DNA of 32,000 nucleotides, taken from Nitrososphaera viennensis EN76 (lineage in GTDB: Archaea > Thermoproteota > Nitrososphaeria > Nitrososphaerales > Nitrososphaeraceae). Below are positions 30,406 through 32,000 of this stretch, piece after piece. The stretch's first letter is position 1. Each line of letters begins with the position of its first letter. The notes under the pieces were generated by a model that saw nothing but the letters and a program-made list of their open reading frames with translations, was not told the DNA's origin and searched no databases. Location of the stretch: positions 1,740,001 through 1,772,000 of the forward strand of contig NZ_CP007536.1 in assembly GCF_000698785.1 (NCBI RefSeq), written 5' to 3'. The translations under genes were made by a program, and so were the position numbers.

Positions 30406-31590
30406 CTATTTTTTTCTCGTATACTGGGTCCAGCTTACCTTCTTCTCTTTCTTCTTCTCGGATGGGGCGCTGCTGCCGTCCGACTTTCTCATTATGAAAA
30501 GGTACTTGAAGCCGCGCAGGTAAAAGTTGAACCGCAGCGCGCGGTTGTGCCACACGCCAGTGTTTGACGTCTGGCCGCGCCTTGCGAGGCAGATGATGTC
30601 GACCGTTTCAAAGTGCCTGCACAGCCGCTCGTACACCCGGAAACCCACGGGCGTGAACTTTTTGTGCACCCACTGGTCGCCGATTACCCACCCTATCGCC
30701 TTGCCGGGCTTCATCACCCTGTAACATTCTGCCATCACCTTTTCCAGCTCGTCGTAAAACTCGTCTGTTTCAGCGGAAATCTTGCCGATGTTGCCGGGCT
30801 GGTCGTTGTAGTCGATGTTGTCGCCGTACGGCGAGTCGATGAACACCATGTCGACGCTTTCGTCCGCAAGCGGGATCGTTCGCGCGTCGTTCTGCACAAT
30901 GTCGGGCCTGACAGGCGATATGTCAAATGCCCTGCATTTTCTGCCTTCTTCGTTGCAGACGTCAAGCGTGGTGCCGCTTCCAGCCATCGGGTCTAGCACG
31001 AGGTCGCCCGGATCGGTGTAGCGCTTTATCATGTTGTATATCGCAAACGCCGGCGTGACTCCGGCGTACTTGTTGCTCCCCTTGGGCGTCCTGCCGTAGC
31101 TCTGCCGGGGGTAGTCCCACAGCGTGGTCGATTCCAGCCGGGGCTTTTCGTCCTCCTCATCCTTCTCAAACGAGGCCAGCTTGCTGTCTGGGTTTTCGAG
31201 GTAACTGGAAAGCGCCTTTGCAGCAGCAGCCGGGAGCGCGTCGCGCCAGCCAAGCCCCATCTGCGCGAGGATTTTCCTGGCGCCTTTTAGCGAGTGTACC
31301 TTGCCATTCTGCGACACCCTTACCTGGTAGGGGTACCTGCCGGCCCACGCCTCCGGCTCGATGTCCTTCTTGCCGGCCGAGCCTGCCGCAAACGTCCCGT
31401 ACAGCACGTCGGTGTCAAGGTTCAGCAAAAACAGCGGGTCGCCCTTTTTTATGGCAAGCACCCCTTCGCCGTACAGCCTGCCGGTGGCAAACAGCATCCT
31501 GTCAAGGCACTCTTTTTCCGTCTTGCTGGTGCAGGCGAAAATGCGACCTTGCCTTCCTGCAGCAACAACACCAGCAGCATTAGCCACCAT
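30406..31590 (-). CDS. DCD/PUA-like N-terminal domain fused to a SAM-dependent N4/N6-type (DNA or RNA) methyltransferase
   Basis: 394 aa. The N-terminus RIFACTSKTEKECLDRMLFATGRL...GDPLFLLNLDTDVLYGTFAAGSAGKKDIEPEAWAGRYPYQVRV matches the DCD-domain pattern. The C-terminus has TTLWDYPRQS..., motif I LVLDPMAGSGTT and motif IV VFIDSPYG. Confidence 0.7.
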   Translation of the reverse strand: MVANAAGVVAAGRQGRIFACTSKTEKECLDRMLFATGRLYGEGVLAIKKGDPLFLLNLDTDVLYGTFAAGSAGKKDIEPEAWAGRYPYQVRVSQNGKVHSLKGARKILAQMGLGWRDALPAAAAKALSSYLENPDSKLASFEKDEEDEKPRLESTTLWDYPRQSYGRTPKGSNKYAGVTPAFAIYNMIKRYTDPGDLVLDPMAGSGTTLDVCNEEGRKCRAFDISPVRPDIVQNDARTIPLADESVDMVFIDSPYGDNIDYNDQPGNIGKISAETDEFYDELEKVMAECYRVMKPGKAIGWVIGDQWVHKKFTPVGFRVYERLCRHFETVDIICLARRGQTSNTGVWHNRALRFNFYLRGFKYLFIMRKSDGSSAPSEKKKEKKVSWTQYTRKK

Positions 31591-31674
31591 CCCAAAATCT
31601 GGCGCCTGCCACAGGATTTAACGGTATCGCCGGCAGCAACAACCTTTTACGCAACTCTTGCGATATATAGCAGC

Positions 31675-31860
31675 ATGACGACCCTGTGCTACATCTGCAA
31701 CACACGGACGGCCACGCTTGACTGCGCCGACTGCAGGAGGCCGGTGTGCAAGAAATGCACCCGGGACTTTCCCTTCTCCCCGGGAGTCTGCCTGGAATGC
31801 GCCCAGAAGGCAAAGACGGGCCTTGGCGGGATAAGAAAGGACACAGGCGAGATCTTTTAA
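31675..31860 (+). CDS. small Cys-rich zinc-finger protein (61 aa)
   Basis: Internal ATG of track ORF 31294..31860: MTTLCYICNTRTATLDCADCRRPVCKKCTRDFPFSPGVCLECAQKAKTG... (four CxxC pairs). The upstream part of the track ORF is antisense to the methyltransferase gene. Confidence 0.4.
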   Translation: MTTLCYICNTRTATLDCADCRRPVCKKCTRDFPFSPGVCLECAQKAKTGLGGIRKDTGEIF

Positions 31861-31884
31861 TCCCGATAACACAGCACAGGACGC

Positions 31885-32000
31885 GTGAAAAACGCCCCGG
31901 AAGGCTGGAAGATCCTGTCGTCGAGACAAGTGTACAACCATCGCTACCTGTCCGTGTACGAGGACGAGATGGACCTTGCCGGCAAGAGGAAAAAGACCTA
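31885..32000 (+). CDS. partial ORF, possibly NUDIX (ADP-ribose pyrophosphatase-like) N-terminus; runs off the window
   Basis: From GTG 31885: VKNAPEGWKILSSRQVYNHRYLSVYEDEMDLAGKRKKT..., resembling the N-terminal beta-strands of NudF-type hydrolases. Only 38 codons are visible. Confidence 0.3.
   Translation, partial: MKNAPEGWKILSSRQVYNHRYLSVYEDEMDLAGKRKKT

Noticed and set aside
30406-31860. Restriction-modification system around the methyltransferase
   Set aside because: No endonuclease-like ORF (PD-(D/E)xK, HNH) or specificity subunit flanks it. The neighbours are an ion channel and a 61-aa Cys-rich protein. It is treated as an orphan or fusion enzyme.

Overview
GC-rich, densely coded archaeal chromosomal segment. 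I call about 40 protein genes and 1 tRNA. I found no rRNA, CRISPR array, transposase or integrase. A thaumarchaeon (Nitrososphaera-like) is my inference from TiaS, an A1:U72 initiator tRNA with a non-canonical intron, TATA-box/leaderless-style promoters, a PAC2 protein, a stand-alone RAM protein and a PEFG-type C-terminal sorting signal. Layout: (i) 1-9.4 kb is mostly housekeeping: a MoaD-like Ubl fused to an E1-like enzyme, coupled to thrC; hisI; tRNA-iMet; tiaS; ferredoxin; a tetrapyrrole methylase; small proteins. (ii) 9.4-14.2 kb holds a SpoIIM-like membrane protein, a CPA2 antiporter and an arsenic island (MIP channel, arsC, arsM, divergent HxlR-type regulator, RNase H-like gene). (iii) 14.6-29.4 kb is a ~15-kb phosphate island: a nearly gap-free minus-strand operon sixA-ppx-(two thymidylate-kinase-like paralogs)-CHAD, a PhoX-like phosphatase, two tandem pstS, pstCAB, phoU and an AbrB-PhoU fusion. 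(iv) 29.4-32 kb holds a pentameric ligand-gated ion channel homolog, a DCD/PUA-like::methyltransferase fusion, a small zinc-finger protein and a partial NUDIX-like gene. The best candidate for a novel or misannotated system is the translationally coupled pair of dTMP-kinase-like genes between ppx and CHAD, which I interpret as a non-canonical (PPK3-type) polyphosphate kinase module. Many long ORFs in the supplied track are GC-driven antisense shadows and were rejected. All calls rest on manual reading of motifs; no database search was possible.
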